The translations under genes were made by a program, and so were the position numbers. Positions 12,087-26,500 of a stretch of 64,000 bases of DNA are shown here, one piece after another. The notes below the pieces were generated by a model. The model was not told the DNA's origin. It worked only from the letters and a program-made list of their open reading frames with translations, and made no database searches. Position 1 is the stretch's first letter; every line of letters begins with the position of its first letter. This DNA comes from Escherichia coli (GTDB lineage: Bacteria > Pseudomonadota > Gammaproteobacteria > Enterobacterales > Enterobacteriaceae), in the NCBI RefSeq assembly GCF_003018255.1, contig NZ_CP027440.1; one strand, 5' to 3'.

Positions 12087-13454
12087 ATGAAAAAACAAAC
12101 CCAGCTGTTGAGTGCATTAGCGTTAAGTGTCGGGTTAACTCTCTCGGCGTCATTTCAGGCCGTTGCGTCGATTCCAGGCCAGGTTGCCGATCAGGCCCCT
12201 CTCCCCAGTCTGGCCCCAATGCTGGAAAAAGTGCTTCCGGCAGTGGTGAGCGTACGGGTGGAAGGAACGGCCAGTCAGGGACAGAAAATCCCGGAAGAAT
12301 TCAAAAAGTTTTTTGGTGATGATTTACCGGATCAACCGGCACAACCCTTCGAAGGTTTAGGCTCCGGTGTCATCATCAACGCCAGTAAAGGCTATGTGCT
12401 GACTAACAACCATGTGATTAATCAGGCACAGAAAATCAGTATTCAGCTCAATGATGGGCGCGAGTTTGATGCAAAACTGATTGGTAGCGATGACCAGAGC
12501 GATATCGCCCTGTTGCAAATTCAAAACCCGAGCAAATTAACGCAAATCGCTATTGCCGACTCCGATAAATTGCGCGTCGGTGATTTTGCCGTGGCGGTCG
12601 GTAACCCATTTGGCCTTGGGCAAACCGCCACCTCTGGCATTGTTTCCGCATTAGGCCGCAGTGGGTTGAATCTTGAAGGTCTGGAAAACTTTATCCAGAC
12701 AGATGCTTCCATTAACCGCGGTAACTCCGGCGGTGCACTGTTAAATCTTAACGGTGAGTTAATTGGCATCAACACGGCAATCCTTGCGCCTGGTGGCGGG
12801 AGCGTCGGGATTGGATTTGCCATCCCCAGTAATATGGCGCGAACACTGGCGCAGCAGCTTATCGACTTTGGTGAAATCAAACGCGGTCTGTTAGGCATCA
12901 AAGGCACAGAGATGAGTGCCGATATCGCCAAAGCCTTCAACCTTGACGTGCAGCGTGGCGCGTTTGTCAGCGAAGTGTTGCCAGGTTCTGGCTCGGCAAA
13001 AGCGGGCGTCAAAGCGGGCGATATTATTACCAGCCTCAACGGCAAACCGCTGAATAGCTTTGCTGAGTTGCGCTCTCGTATCGCAACCACCGAGCCGGGC
13101 ACGAAAGTGAAGCTTGGCCTGCTGCGTAACGGCAAACCACTGGAAGTAGAAGTGACGCTCGATACCAGCACCTCTTCGTCGGCCAGCGCTGAAATGATCA
13201 CGCCAGCGCTTGAAGGTGCAACGTTGAGCGATGGTCAGCTAAAAGATGGCGGCAAAGGTATTAAGATCGATGAGGTTGTCAAAGGAAGCCCAGCTGCTCA
13301 GGCAGGCTTGCAAAAAGACGATGTGATCATTGGCGTCAACCGCGATCGGGTGAACTCGATTGCTGAAATGCGTAAAGTGCTGGCGGCAAAACCGGCCATC
13401 ATCGCCCTGCAAATTGTACGCGGCAATGAAAGCATCTATCTGCTGATGCGTTAA
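12087..13454 (+). CDS. degQ: Periplasmic serine endoprotease DegQ (HtrA family, two PDZ domains)
   Basis: Trimmed to MKKQTQLLSALALS...; GNSGGAL catalytic motif. Confidence 0.9.
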   Translation: MKKQTQLLSALALSVGLTLSASFQAVASIPGQVADQAPLPSLAPMLEKVLPAVVSVRVEGTASQGQKIPEEFKKFFGDDLPDQPAQPFEGLGSGVIINASKGYVLTNNHVINQAQKISIQLNDGREFDAKLIGSDDQSDIALLQIQNPSKLTQIAIADSDKLRVGDFAVAVGNPFGLGQTATSGIVSALGRSGLNLEGLENFIQTDASINRGNSGGALLNLNGELIGINTAILAPGGGSVGIGFAIPSNMARTLAQQLIDFGEIKRGLLGIKGTEMSADIAKAFNLDVQRGAFVSEVLPGSGSAKAGVKAGDIITSLNGKPLNSFAELRSRIATTEPGTKVKLGLLRNGKPLEVEVTLDTSTSSSASAEMITPALEGATLSDGQLKDGGKGIKIDEVVKGSPAAQAGLQKDDVIIGVNRDRVNSIAEMRKVLAAKPAIIALQIVRGNESIYLLMR

Positions 13455-13543
13455 TGTCGTAAACCGGGCATCAGGCTGACGTGTGATGTCCGGTTAACTC
13501 GTGGTATGCTGCTGCCGTTCCCTTTTTTAATGACGCCTCCATC

Positions 13544-14611
13544 ATGTTTGTGAAGCTCTTACGTTCCGTTGCGATTGGATTAATTGTCGGCGCTATTCTG
13601 CTGGTTGCCATGCCTTCGCTGCGCAGCCTTAACCCGCTTTCCACTCCGCAATTTGACAGTACCGATGAGACGCCTGCCAGCTATAATCTGGCGGTTCGCC
13701 GCGCCGCGCCAGCGGTGGTTAACGTTTACAACCGTGGTTTGAACACCAACTCTCACAACCAGCTTGAGATCCGCACCCTGGGATCCGGTGTAATCATGGA
13801 TCAACGCGGTTATATCATCACCAATAAACACGTCATCAACGACGCCGATCAGATCATCGTCGCCTTACAGGATGGACGTGTTTTTGAAGCGTTACTGGTT
13901 GGCTCTGACTCTCTAACCGATCTGGCGGTGCTGAAAATTAACGCCACAGGCGGTTTACCAACGATTCCGATCAATCCACGCCGCGTACCGCACATTGGCG
14001 ATGTGGTTCTGGCGATCGGTAACCCGTACAACCTCGGGCAGACCATTACCCAGGGGATTATCAGTGCCACGGGTCGAATCGGTCTGAACCCGACCGGGCG
14101 GCAAAACTTCCTGCAAACCGATGCTTCCATTAACCACGGTAACTCTGGCGGCGCGCTGGTGAACTCGCTGGGCGAACTGATGGGCATTAACACGCTGTCG
14201 TTTGATAAGAGTAACGATGGCGAAACGCCGGAAGGTATCGGCTTTGCGATTCCTTTCCAGTTAGCGACCAAAATTATGGATAAACTGATCCGTGATGGCC
14301 GTGTGATCCGTGGCTACATTGGCATTGGTGGACGTGAGATCGCCCCATTACATGCGCAGAGTGGCGGCATGGATCAACTGCAAGGGATCGTGGTTAACGA
14401 AGTGTCGCCTGATGGCCCAGCGGCAAATGCAGGCATCCAGGTCAACGATCTGATTATCTCTGTGAATAACAAACCCGCTATTTCCGCCCTGGAGACAATG
14501 GATCAGGTCGCGGAAATTCGCCCTGGTTCGGTGATCCCGGTTGTCGTGATGCGTGACGATAAACAGTTAACATTGCAGGTCACCATTCAGGAATATCCGG
14601 CGACCAACTAA
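13544..14611 (+). CDS. degS: Serine endoprotease DegS (sigma-E stress sensor)
   Basis: 355-aa ORF matches E. coli DegS; GNSGGAL motif. Confidence 0.9.
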   Translation: MFVKLLRSVAIGLIVGAILLVAMPSLRSLNPLSTPQFDSTDETPASYNLAVRRAAPAVVNVYNRGLNTNSHNQLEIRTLGSGVIMDQRGYIITNKHVINDADQIIVALQDGRVFEALLVGSDSLTDLAVLKINATGGLPTIPINPRRVPHIGDVVLAIGNPYNLGQTITQGIISATGRIGLNPTGRQNFLQTDASINHGNSGGALVNSLGELMGINTLSFDKSNDGETPEGIGFAIPFQLATKIMDKLIRDGRVIRGYIGIGGREIAPLHAQSGGMDQLQGIVVNEVSPDGPAANAGIQVNDLIISVNNKPAISALETMDQVAEIRPGSVIPVVVMRDDKQLTLQVTIQEYPATN

Positions 14612-14625
14612 GGTCAGCGTAAAAA

Positions 14626-14657
14626 AACAAAAACCGGAGTCTGTGCTCCGGTTTTTT
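14626..14657. terminator. Bidirectional intrinsic terminator between degS and mdh
   Basis: ACCGGAG/CTCCGGT hairpin with A-run upstream and T-run downstream. Confidence 0.6.
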
Positions 14658-14673
14658 ATTATCCGCTAATCAA

Positions 14674-15687
<1,014 letters not shown>

Positions 15688-15984
15688 TTACAATGACCAC
15701 ATCTCAAGAATGTGTAGTCACGCAAGTTTAGCGTTTATGCATTTAATTGCCGTAATCAGGAACCTAACTTACGTAATTAACAGTCGCTTATGCATTAGCG
15801 CAACATTCCAACAGGTGGTGACAATATACCCTACCGTTCAGCCAAAACAACATCAATTTGATAACAATTAATTTACTTTTAAGCAGAATTTGCATGCCGT
15901 GACGCAGGCATGTTTCTCAATAACGAAATTTGATAAAATCCCGCTCTTTCATAACATTATTTCAGCCTTCTTCAGGGCTGACTG

Positions 15985-16023
15985 TTTGCATAAAAATTCA
16001 TCTGTATGCACAATAATGTTGTA
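15985..16023 (+). promoter_or_regulatory. Tandem ARG boxes (ArgR autoregulatory operator) upstream of argR
   Basis: TTTGCATAAAAATTCATC tgt ATGCACAATAATGTTGTA resembles the TGAAT-N-ATTCA ARG-box consensus. Confidence 0.5.
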
Positions 16024-16043
16024 TCAACCACCATATCGGGTGA

Positions 16044-16517
<474 letters not shown>

Positions 16518-16882
16518 TCTCTGCCCCGTCGCTTCTGGCGGCGGGGAAAATGTTGCTTTTCCCTCTCACCCCCCCTGCTTTCTCCTGCGATTAATTTAAC
16601 GAATAGTGCGTTTTATCGCGACATATCATTCACATAATGAATACATGGGTTAAAAAAAGCACATTATGCAAAATTCATTATCTAATTGAAAAGAATAGAA
16701 TTAATAATAAATAATCGTGTTTTTAATTCTTTTTTGTTATTAAAACTCACATTTTTAACACTTAGTATCAACTGAAACAGTTAGCGTGGTATTAATTAGT
16801 TCAATAATTAGTGTATACTTGATTTTGTGATATGGGTCACGAAACAAAGGCCCAGCTAAAAGATTATGTCGAGGTAAAAATC

Positions 16883-17146
16883 ATGAAAATCAAAACCACT
16901 GTTACTGCATTAAGCGTACTTTCTGTTCTCTCTTTCGGTGCATTCGCTGCCGACTCCATTGATGCTGCACAAGCACAAAATCGTGAAGCAATCGGGACCG
17001 TATCCGTAAGTGGTGTGGCGTCTTCGCCAATGGATATGCGTGAAATGCTGAACAAAAAAGCGGAAGAGAAAGGCGCAACGGCCTACCAGATTACTGAAGC
17101 TCGTAGCGGTGACACCTGGCACGCTACGGCTGAACTGTACAAATAA
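16883..17146 (+). CDS. yhcN: Periplasmic stress-induced protein YhcN (DUF1471/YdgH-BhsA family), signal peptide
   Basis: Trimmed to ATG at 16883 (GAGG upstream) giving MKIKTTVTALSVLS... Confidence 0.85.
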   Translation: MKIKTTVTALSVLSVLSFGAFAADSIDAAQAQNREAIGTVSVSGVASSPMDMREMLNKKAEEKGATAYQITEARSGDTWHATAELYK

Positions 17147-17173
17147 ACCCTCATCGTCTTGTCCGACGATATT

Positions 17174-17197
17174 GCCCCCGGTTCGGGGGCTTTTTTT
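17174..17197 (+). terminator. Intrinsic terminator after yhcN
   Basis: GCCCCCGgttCGGGGGC hairpin followed by TTTTTTT. Confidence 0.65.
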
Positions 17198-17200
17198 GCG

Positions 17201-17473
17201 CTAATGACGAACATTAAAACGCAAATGCCCTTCCAGCTCTTCCTCTGCCTCATCAAACAGCAATATTAACGCGCCAAAACGGCGACGCGTTTTCTCTCCC
17301 AGATGAACAAATTCAATCTCAAGTGGTAGCGGCAGGACATCGTTCATTAACACATCCCATAGTGAGTCGAGATCGCGTACCTTATCTTTCGCCAGACCAA
17401 AGGCTTGGCTGAAGTCGCGATAAAAATCCTCCTGACTCTCAATCTCATCAAAATCAAAGGTATAAATATTCAT
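17201..17473 (-). CDS. yhcO: Barstar-like putative RNase inhibitor
   Basis: 90-aa acidic ORF matches E. coli YhcO. Confidence 0.8.
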   Translation of the reverse strand: MNIYTFDFDEIESQEDFYRDFSQAFGLAKDKVRDLDSLWDVLMNDVLPLPLEIEFVHLGEKTRRRFGALILLFDEAEEELEGHLRFNVRH

Positions 17474-17564
17474 CTGTTGCCACCGTCACGTTTCACGGCG
17501 AGTTCTGCCGTTCATCGCTAAGTATAGCCATGAAAAAACCGACGCTTCGGGCGTCGGTTTTGAC

Positions 17565-19532
17565 TTAACTATCGGTCAACGCATGTTGATACTTATGGAG
17601 CATCCCCGCCAGCCGATGAACCGGTTCCGTCACCTGCGGTGGCGCTTGCCAGATGCGTAGCTTTTCCTGGTAGATTTCAAGTTCTTCCAGCAACTGGCCA
17701 AAGTACCGACGACGTTTATCATCGCTACGGGCAGATATCACATGGTCTGCTGTGCGGCGCATTTGTCGGTGAAACGCCGATAAATCCTCGTTAACCGGGA
17801 TCGGCGCATCACGCAGGCGCTGGTGCGCGATAATCATCGTCAGCGCCAGGCGAAATTTCGGCAAATCCCCTGGGAACTTATTCATCAGCAAAAACAGCTG
17901 CTGATAAAGTGCCGGGAGGTGATTCTCTTTACGACGTGCCACATTGGTAGTCATCGCGGAAACAGCGGCAGAAACAAACTGATTAAGCAGTACACGTCCA
18001 GTCCTGTCGCGCGATTTATCCCGCACCAGCAAAATAACGGTGAACGCGAGCACACAGCCGACGATTTGCCCTAATGCGCTGTCGAGAAACTGACTGAAAT
18101 GGAAAGTCATCGGGTTATCCAGCACGATAATATTTATGGTGCTGGCCAGCGCCCCCATCGAGCCCAGTCGCCGTTTCTGTACTTCTATACCGAGGAAAAA
18201 TCCCAGCACTGCCAGGCTAATACACAGCAATAACATGCTTTGTTGGGTATTAGGGATAATCACCAAAAAGTAGAGCAGCCCTAACGGCAGCGCCGCCAGC
18301 GTCCCATAGATAAAGTCGATCGCCACCATGCGTGGATTCGGCAAACGCATTGCCAGTGACGTCACGACCGCAATCATCACCATTGCACCACTGCCGGAAG
18401 TCCAGCCCGTCCACAGCCAGAAAAGCGTCCCCAGAATGCAGGAAAGTGTGGTTCGCCAGAAGTTAACCATCGCATGATGACGTTCGGCTGACTCTACTTT
18501 GACTTCCGGTTCGCCTTGCAGGATCTCTTCTTCAGTAGCGTTGATTTTTGTGTTACTGATAACGCCGCGCTTGAGAAGCTGATAACGCGTTGCCGCCGCG
18601 ACCCAGCTATAAATGGTGACAGGCGTTTCCCGTTCCCCGGTCCAGGCGATAACTCTCCGCAGGCGTTTGAGCTGCTTGTGGACGTCCTGCGCGGTTTCTA
18701 CCGGCGTGTCAAAAAATTCGCGGAAAGTATCAGTGATCAATTCCGGGCGCGTATTCTGAATAAGATAAGTTTCGCAGGATTGGGTAATCAGCGTCAGCGA
18801 TAGCGTATTGATCGCTTTTAAACGTCGATTGGCCCGCGCCCAGCGGGAAGATTCCATATTCAGGTTGCTGCGCATACCTTGTAACGCCGTGGTGCGTCGC
18901 ACCAGATCGCCCCAGGCTTTATCGACAACTTCACCATCGCCATGTTTGATACAGAGTTGCATTAATTGATATTGCGCGACCAGCAAACTTTCCAGCTCTC
19001 GATCCACTTCTTGTTTGATCGATCGCGGAGAAAAGAGCAAATCCGCCATAATCGCACACACAATACCGATAACGATCTCGCTACAACGTTCGACGGCAAA
19101 CTGCGGCGTAAGCAATGGTTCCGGCTGAATGGTGATCACAATGATCAGCGCGGTATAACCGGCCAGCCCCCACGCATACGAGTTTTCTATTCGTACCAGC
19201 GAGGATATCCAGGTACAAAAACCGGCCCAGATACAGCACACCAGAATCATCAATAATGGTGCGCGGATCATCGCAATGATGATTACCAGTCCAGCAATAC
19301 AGCCAATAAATGTGCCGATGATGCGCAAAAAGCCACGATAGCGAATAGCGCCAGAATACGGTTCACCTCCCGCAGCAAAGGCCGGACCGGCGGCAACAAT
19401 CGCCGCTGTCAGTACCGCCCAGCGTGGCGTTTCCAGCTGGAAGTGAAAGCCAACAAACAGCGCCAGTACAATGGCGGTCGCCAGTTTTACCGCAAAGCGA
19501 ATATGTTGATTAGCAATGGAGAAAATACCCAT
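17565..19532 (-). CDS. aaeB: p-Hydroxybenzoic acid efflux pump subunit AaeB
   Basis: 655-aa membrane ORF matches E. coli AaeB. Confidence 0.9.
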
Positions 19533-19537
19533 CGTGA

Positions 19538-20470
19538 TTAACCAAACTCACGCAGGCGATGGGCCATTTTACGGAAGAACGAATCCTGGCTTTCGTCGCG
19601 ATCTTGTTTGCCAGTGACCACCACTGTAGCAGTGGTGCCCGCAGGCCAGATGTTCTCTTGCTGGTTGTCGAGACGAATACGTACCGGAACACGTTGCGCC
19701 AAACGTACCCATTCAAGGTTAGAGTCGATGGTCGCCATCCCTTTGTCGTCACGCGTGCTGCTGGCGTTGGTGACCCCTGCGGCAACACTATCAACAGTCC
19801 CTTTCAGCACTTTGTTACTGCCAAGCGGCGTGATCTCCGCACGATACCCAGGGCGCACCCCTTCCAGCTTAGTTTCTTCCATATAGGCCAGTACATAGAA
19901 GGAGTTCTGTTTCACCAGCGCAACCGCCGTTGATCCTCGAGTAATAAACTCACCGGTATAGACGTTGAGGTTGGTCACCCAGCCATCTGCTGGCGCGCGG
20001 ATGACTGTACGTTCAAGATCCAGTTTTGCCAGATCACGGGTCGCCTGCGCTTTCGCTAACTGATGCAGAACCGTTTGTAGTACGTTGTTGGCCTGATCGA
20101 TCTCTTCGCGAGACATCGCCTGCACACCGAGACGGTTACGACGTCCTGCCTCCTGGCGTTTCTCCTGTGCCAGTACCTGATAATAAGCAACATCGGCTTG
20201 CGCTTCCTCAAGCGCCTTTTGATAGCGCGGCTGGTCGATGGTGAACAGTACCTGTCCTTTTTTCACCAGCTGGTTATCATGAACATTCACCTGGGTAATG
20301 AGTCCAGAAACGTCCGGCGCGATCGCAACGACGTCAGCGCTAAAGCGCGCGTCACGCGTCCACGGGGATTCGGTGTAATAGACCCAGGCATTAAAAATTG
20401 CGATGAAGGCCAGAATGACTAATACGACCGTGATGGCCGTACGGGAGAATTTTCTTATTAGTGTTTTCAC
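19538..20470 (-). CDS. aaeA: Efflux pump membrane-fusion subunit AaeA
   Basis: 310-aa ORF matches E. coli AaeA. Confidence 0.9.
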
Positions 20471-20477
20471 TTCAACC

Positions 20478-20681
20478 TCAAACGAACAGTCGCGATATCA
20501 AATAAAACAAGCAGCAATAGAGCGCGGTGTTGAACAACGCCGGATGCCAGACAAAGTCGTAGATACCTGTTGGCACAAGTACCCGGCGCACCAGCCAGAA
20601 AATCGCCAGTGATAAAAGCAATTCAAAAAATATCGGTGGGAAGGACAGCCCAAACACCACGATAACGGGAAACAGACTCAT
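20478..20681 (-). CDS. aaeX: Small membrane protein AaeX
   Basis: Trimmed to [16 protein letters not shown]... (67 aa). Confidence 0.75.
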
Positions 20682-20863
20682 GTTGACCTTGGTTGTATAG
20701 AGAGAGCAGGCGTTATTATTTTCAGCATCTGTCGCCGCAGAGAAGGGCATGGAAAGCCGGGCGAGAGCAACATTGCTGTAGATTGATATTTAATATATTA
20801 GCGTAACTGTTATGCTGTTATCTATATTATGTGATCTAAATCACTTTTAAGTCAGAGTGAATA

Positions 20864-21793
20864 ATGGAACGACTAAAACGCATGTCGGTGTTTGCCAAAG
20901 TAGTTGAATTTGGCTCTTTTACCGCCGCCGCCAGACAGCTACAGATGAGCGTTTCGTCCATCAGTCAGACGGTGTCAAAACTGGAAGATGAGTTACAGGT
21001 AAAGCTGTTAAACCGTAGTACACGCAGCATTGGCCTGACTGAAGCCGGCAGAATTTACTACCAGGGCTGCCGTCGGATGCTCCATGAAGTGCAGGATGTT
21101 CATGAGCAACTGTATGCCTTCAATAACACCCCCATCGGGACGCTGCGCATTGGCTGTTCTTCAACTATGGCACAAAATGTTCTCGCCGGGCTGACAGCAA
21201 AAATGCTGAAAGAATACCCAGGTTTGAGCGTCAATCTGGTTACCGGAATTCCTGCCCCCGACCTGATTGCCGATGGTCTGGATGTGGTGATCCGCGTCGG
21301 CGCGTTGCAGGATTCCAGCCTGTTTTCCCGCCGTCTGGGCGCGATGCCGATGGTGGTGTGCGCCGCGAAAAGCTATCTCACACAATACGGCATACCGGAA
21401 AAACCCGCCGATTTGAGTAGTCATTCATGGCTTGAATACAGCGTGCGGCCCGACAATGAATTTGAACTGATCGCACCGGAAGGGATCTCGACTCGCCTGA
21501 TCCCACAAGGAAGATTTGTGACTAATGATCCGATGACGCTGGTGCGCTGGCTGACGGCGGGTGCCGGGATCGCCTACGTGCCGCTGATGTGGGTGATCAA
21601 CGAGATCAATCGTGGGGAACTGGAGATCCTGCTGCCGCGTTATCAGTCAGATCCACGCCCGGTTTATGCGTTATATACCGAAAAAGATAAGCTGCCGCTG
21701 AAGGTACAGGTCGTGATCAACTCGCTGACGGATTATTTTGTTGAGGTCGGTAAATTGTTTCAGGAGATGCACGGGCGCGGGAAAGAGAAGTAA
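20864..21793 (+). CDS. aaeR: LysR-family activator of aaeXAB
   Basis: 309-aa ORF, divergent from aaeX; matches E. coli AaeR. Confidence 0.9.
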   Translation: MERLKRMSVFAKVVEFGSFTAAARQLQMSVSSISQTVSKLEDELQVKLLNRSTRSIGLTEAGRIYYQGCRRMLHEVQDVHEQLYAFNNTPIGTLRIGCSSTMAQNVLAGLTAKMLKEYPGLSVNLVTGIPAPDLIADGLDVVIRVGALQDSSLFSRRLGAMPMVVCAAKSYLTQYGIPEKPADLSSHSWLEYSVRPDNEFELIAPEGISTRLIPQGRFVTNDPMTLVRWLTAGAGIAYVPLMWVINEINRGELEILLPRYQSDPRPVYALYTEKDKLPLKVQVVINSLTDYFVEVGKLFQEMHGRGKEK

Positions 21794-21835
21794 TTCATAT
21801 TGTACTGTTACGTTGTACAAACCTGTGCCAACGGG

Positions 21836-21869
21836 TTCCCCTCACCCTAACCCCAGAGGAGCGAGGGGA
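21836..21869. repeat. GC-rich imperfect palindrome TTCCCCTCACCC...AGCGAGGGGA between the convergent aaeR and tldD (copy 2 of 2)
   Basis: Shares both ends (TTCCCCTCACCC and AGCGAGGGGA) with the element at 3987..4018. Confidence 0.6.
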
Positions 21870-21920
21870 CCGTTCGTGCACGTAGAAAGATTAATTATCC
21901 TTCTGAAAATACTGAAATTA

Positions 21921-23381
<1,461 letters not shown>

Positions 23382-23413
23382 TTAGTTACTGCAGTAGAGG
23401 ATTTTTTACGGCT

Positions 23414-23447
23414 GCCGGATGCGGCGTGAACGCCCTGTCCGGCCTAC
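23414..23447. repeat. REP (palindromic unit) element between yhdP and tldD
   Basis: GCCGGATGCGGCGTGAACGCCCTGTCCGGCCTAC closely matches the REP/PU consensus. Confidence 0.75.
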
Positions 23448-23521
23448 GGTTATGTTCTGGCTCGTTGGCCTTTGGCAACGATTATCCTATGAGATTGGGG
23501 CAATTACGCGCCCTCGTCAAA

Positions 23522-26500
23522 TCATTGCGCTTTTTCTTTACGCGGTTGTCGCAACACTTCGTTGATTTGCGGATCGTCCAGCGGACCCGAAATGTGATAG
23601 CGCAAAATGGAGACTTTGCTCCACAGCGGTCCCAGCACTTTACTGGCGGCAAACACTGCCGCGCCAACAATGGGGTTAACCGCAAAGGCCGCAGCCACAC
23701 CCACCGTCGCAGAAATCTCTGGTGCGACAACCGCTTCCATATTCAGGTCGCGACGTACCAGATTTACCGACCCTTTCATAGCGATGTCCGCTTCCAGGCC
23801 ATCCACCAGCGTGTCGTCGGTGTGCATAACGCCGTCTTTAATCCACGCGGTGCTGCGAATGGAGTCAAAATAGAACCCTTCGCCAAAAGTGTCTCTGAAA
23901 TCAAAACGCAGCTTACGCATCAGGGCATCTACGCTCAATAAGCGCAGCAATTGCCCGGCATGTCCGGTATTGATTTCGGTAATTTCGCCTTTACCCAGTT
24001 GAGTATGAATGATGCCATTCAACGTCGCCTCATCTGGTTGCCAGGGTGCTTTGCGCCAGTGTAAATCGTAATCCACATTAAATGACGACTGGCGTATGGG
24101 CGTCGTGACACCAAAAAATTCTGCGGCGGCATCAATTTTCTGCCCACGCAGTTTTCCTTTCAGCGAGGTGCGTTCATTCCCCGGATTGTTAACCCATTCA
24201 CCATCGGCAGTGAGCCGCGAAAAACCAGTATCAATCAGTCCATTAGTCAGCGTTAATGTATTGCCAGAAATGGTGATATCACTGTCAATGCGCCCGAATT
24301 TTTGCCCCCAGAACCAGCACTCTGCGCATCGTATTTGTGCGTCCGGCCAGCCACGGAAGCTAATGCGCTCCGTTGTCGGGAAAGGTGATGAATTCGTTGA
24401 GTCACCATGAGTTTTCGCCACGCTTGGGTTGTAATAAAGATATTTGATATTCGCCAGCCACGGCGCGTTATTACGCATCGCCAGCGTGGCGTTGATTTCA
24501 CGCCCTTGCGCCTCAACCAGGGTGCCATTTGCCGTCGGTTGCGAAACAATGCTCAGGTTATTCCATTGCTGATTTCCCAGCGACAACATAGGCGTACGTA
24601 ACGTTATGTGTTGTGGGAAACTCGCTGCACCACCGACACTCTCCGCAGCGCCTTTCTGGAACAGGGCCAGCCACTCGGCACCATTCATCGGCGGCATATT
24701 GAGTTCAACGCCACTTTGTTCCGGCAACGGCGGGAGCGTTTTACTGTCTGCCGCCCAAATAGCACGGTCGAGCGTCAGCTTTTGACCGAGCAACCAGCGG
24801 CTATTGAAATGGTTATCTGCACCAGCCTGTCCGGTTAACTCAAAGCTGTTGAGATTGCCATCAACCTTAACGTTTACCGGCAGTGGTTCACCCGCAGGTT
24901 TGGCTAACGGTGAAGGTAAGTGACTGCTCACATTCTTCAGGTCGCCGTTCAGCTCTACGTTATAGGTCGCGCCAGCATGATAAGGCAGATCAATGCCCAC
25001 TTTACCATCCCACGCCACGCTGCCACTTAATGCTTCGTTCACCGCTTCAGGCAGAACGCCGGTTTTCGCTGGTTGCCAGTTACCGTTGAGATTCACCGCG
25101 ACCTGGTAGGCTTTTGCCCCTTCTTTGGTGGAAAAATCCACGTTCAACGGCTGATTAAACCAGCTTGCTGTCAGTGGTTCACTTTGCAGATCGCCATTGA
25201 TAAAGCTGAATTTACCGCTCAAATTTTTCAGGGTGCTGTCGAGTGGTTTGATAAACAGACTGTTATTACGCAGCGTCACATCACCTTTCGCGGTTACCAG
25301 TTCGCCGTTCAGCGGGATATCAAGATGTAAGCGAGCATTCACATCGCCGTCGAGCTGGAGTTCTTGCAGGGTCGCACCCAGAGAATCTTTCAGCGGTGTC
25401 TCATCAAAGTAAGGGCCAACGGCTTTACCCGGACCTTTAATGTCAGCGTCAATCAGCAGTTTTTCTTTTGAGTAGTCAGGGATCACTGCGGTGAGATTAC
25501 TTGCGCGCACGCCGCCCAGATTAACGCCATCGGTTTTCATCCATAAACCGTCGTTAATAAAGTCCAGTTCAATATCAAGGTTAGTTAATGCAGGCCAGTC
25601 CGGCTGGAAGGCAAACTTCGCGTTGCGCAGCGGTACCAGCACTTCAAACTGACCTTCGTTGTGTTTATAGGGGAAGAGTTGCGGATTGCCACCATAAACC
25701 AGCGTCGCGTTATCCGCTTCACCGCCCTGAATCGCGCCACTTAAGTAATCAACCAGGTCTTTACCCATCAAGTTTTCCGGGAAATAGCGCCAGGCTTGTG
25801 AACCATCATCGGTACTGATGCCAGCCAGAATACCCAGCCAGGGTTCATCGTTAGCTGGTTGCAGGTAACGAAAACCGCCGCGCGCATGGACGGCTTTGGC
25901 TTTAACGTCAATATTACGCCCATCCAGCTGGAAACCTTTGTCATTGTTCAGCCAGCTTATCGTTGCCTGGCCGTCGGCGATTTCCAGTGGCGCACGGAAT
26001 ACCGTTTCGTAAGGCATCTTTGCCTGCTTCATCGACGCAGTAAGCAAACCATTTTCTACGCTGCCGGAAAGCGTCCCGGAGAAGTGTTCCGCACCCGGTA
26101 ATAATTTCCATTGCTTCCAGGCCAGATCGCTCCACGATGCCTGAAAACGGGTCTTGTCTGCCGCCTGAAGCGGGATATCCAGCGCCAGCGTGTTAATCTT
26201 GCCGCTCGGTTGTGTGGAGCGCCAAACATCACCCAGTGCAGGTGAAAGTTTCGCGGCCAGCGGGCGTATGCCCTCCAGGCCTGCCAGCTCCAGATTACTG
26301 GCGCGAATCCGGAGTTCGTCACTGCGTTTATTGTCTTTGCCGCCAACGTCCTGTTCCGGTATCCAGGCCAGCGTCAATGCTCCGCTCGGCCAGGGTTTGC
26401 CGTCCATCGTGATCCGTGTATCGGGAATAGAGAACTGCCAGCCTGGATTTTCACGCGTAATATGCGCGGTCAGATTATCCACCGACAGCGTATGCGTTTG

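Noticed and set aside
12521-13201. 226-aa ORF antisense to degQ; likewise 6940..7566 (in dcuD), 26190..26843 (in yhdP), 30185..30724 (in mreC), 31492..32010 (in mreB), 38689..39285 (in panF), 41677..42213 (in dusB) and 45090..45707 (in acrE)
   Set aside because: All are embedded antisense frames within well-supported genes; none has a plausible ribosome-binding site, and the translations are compositionally atypical.
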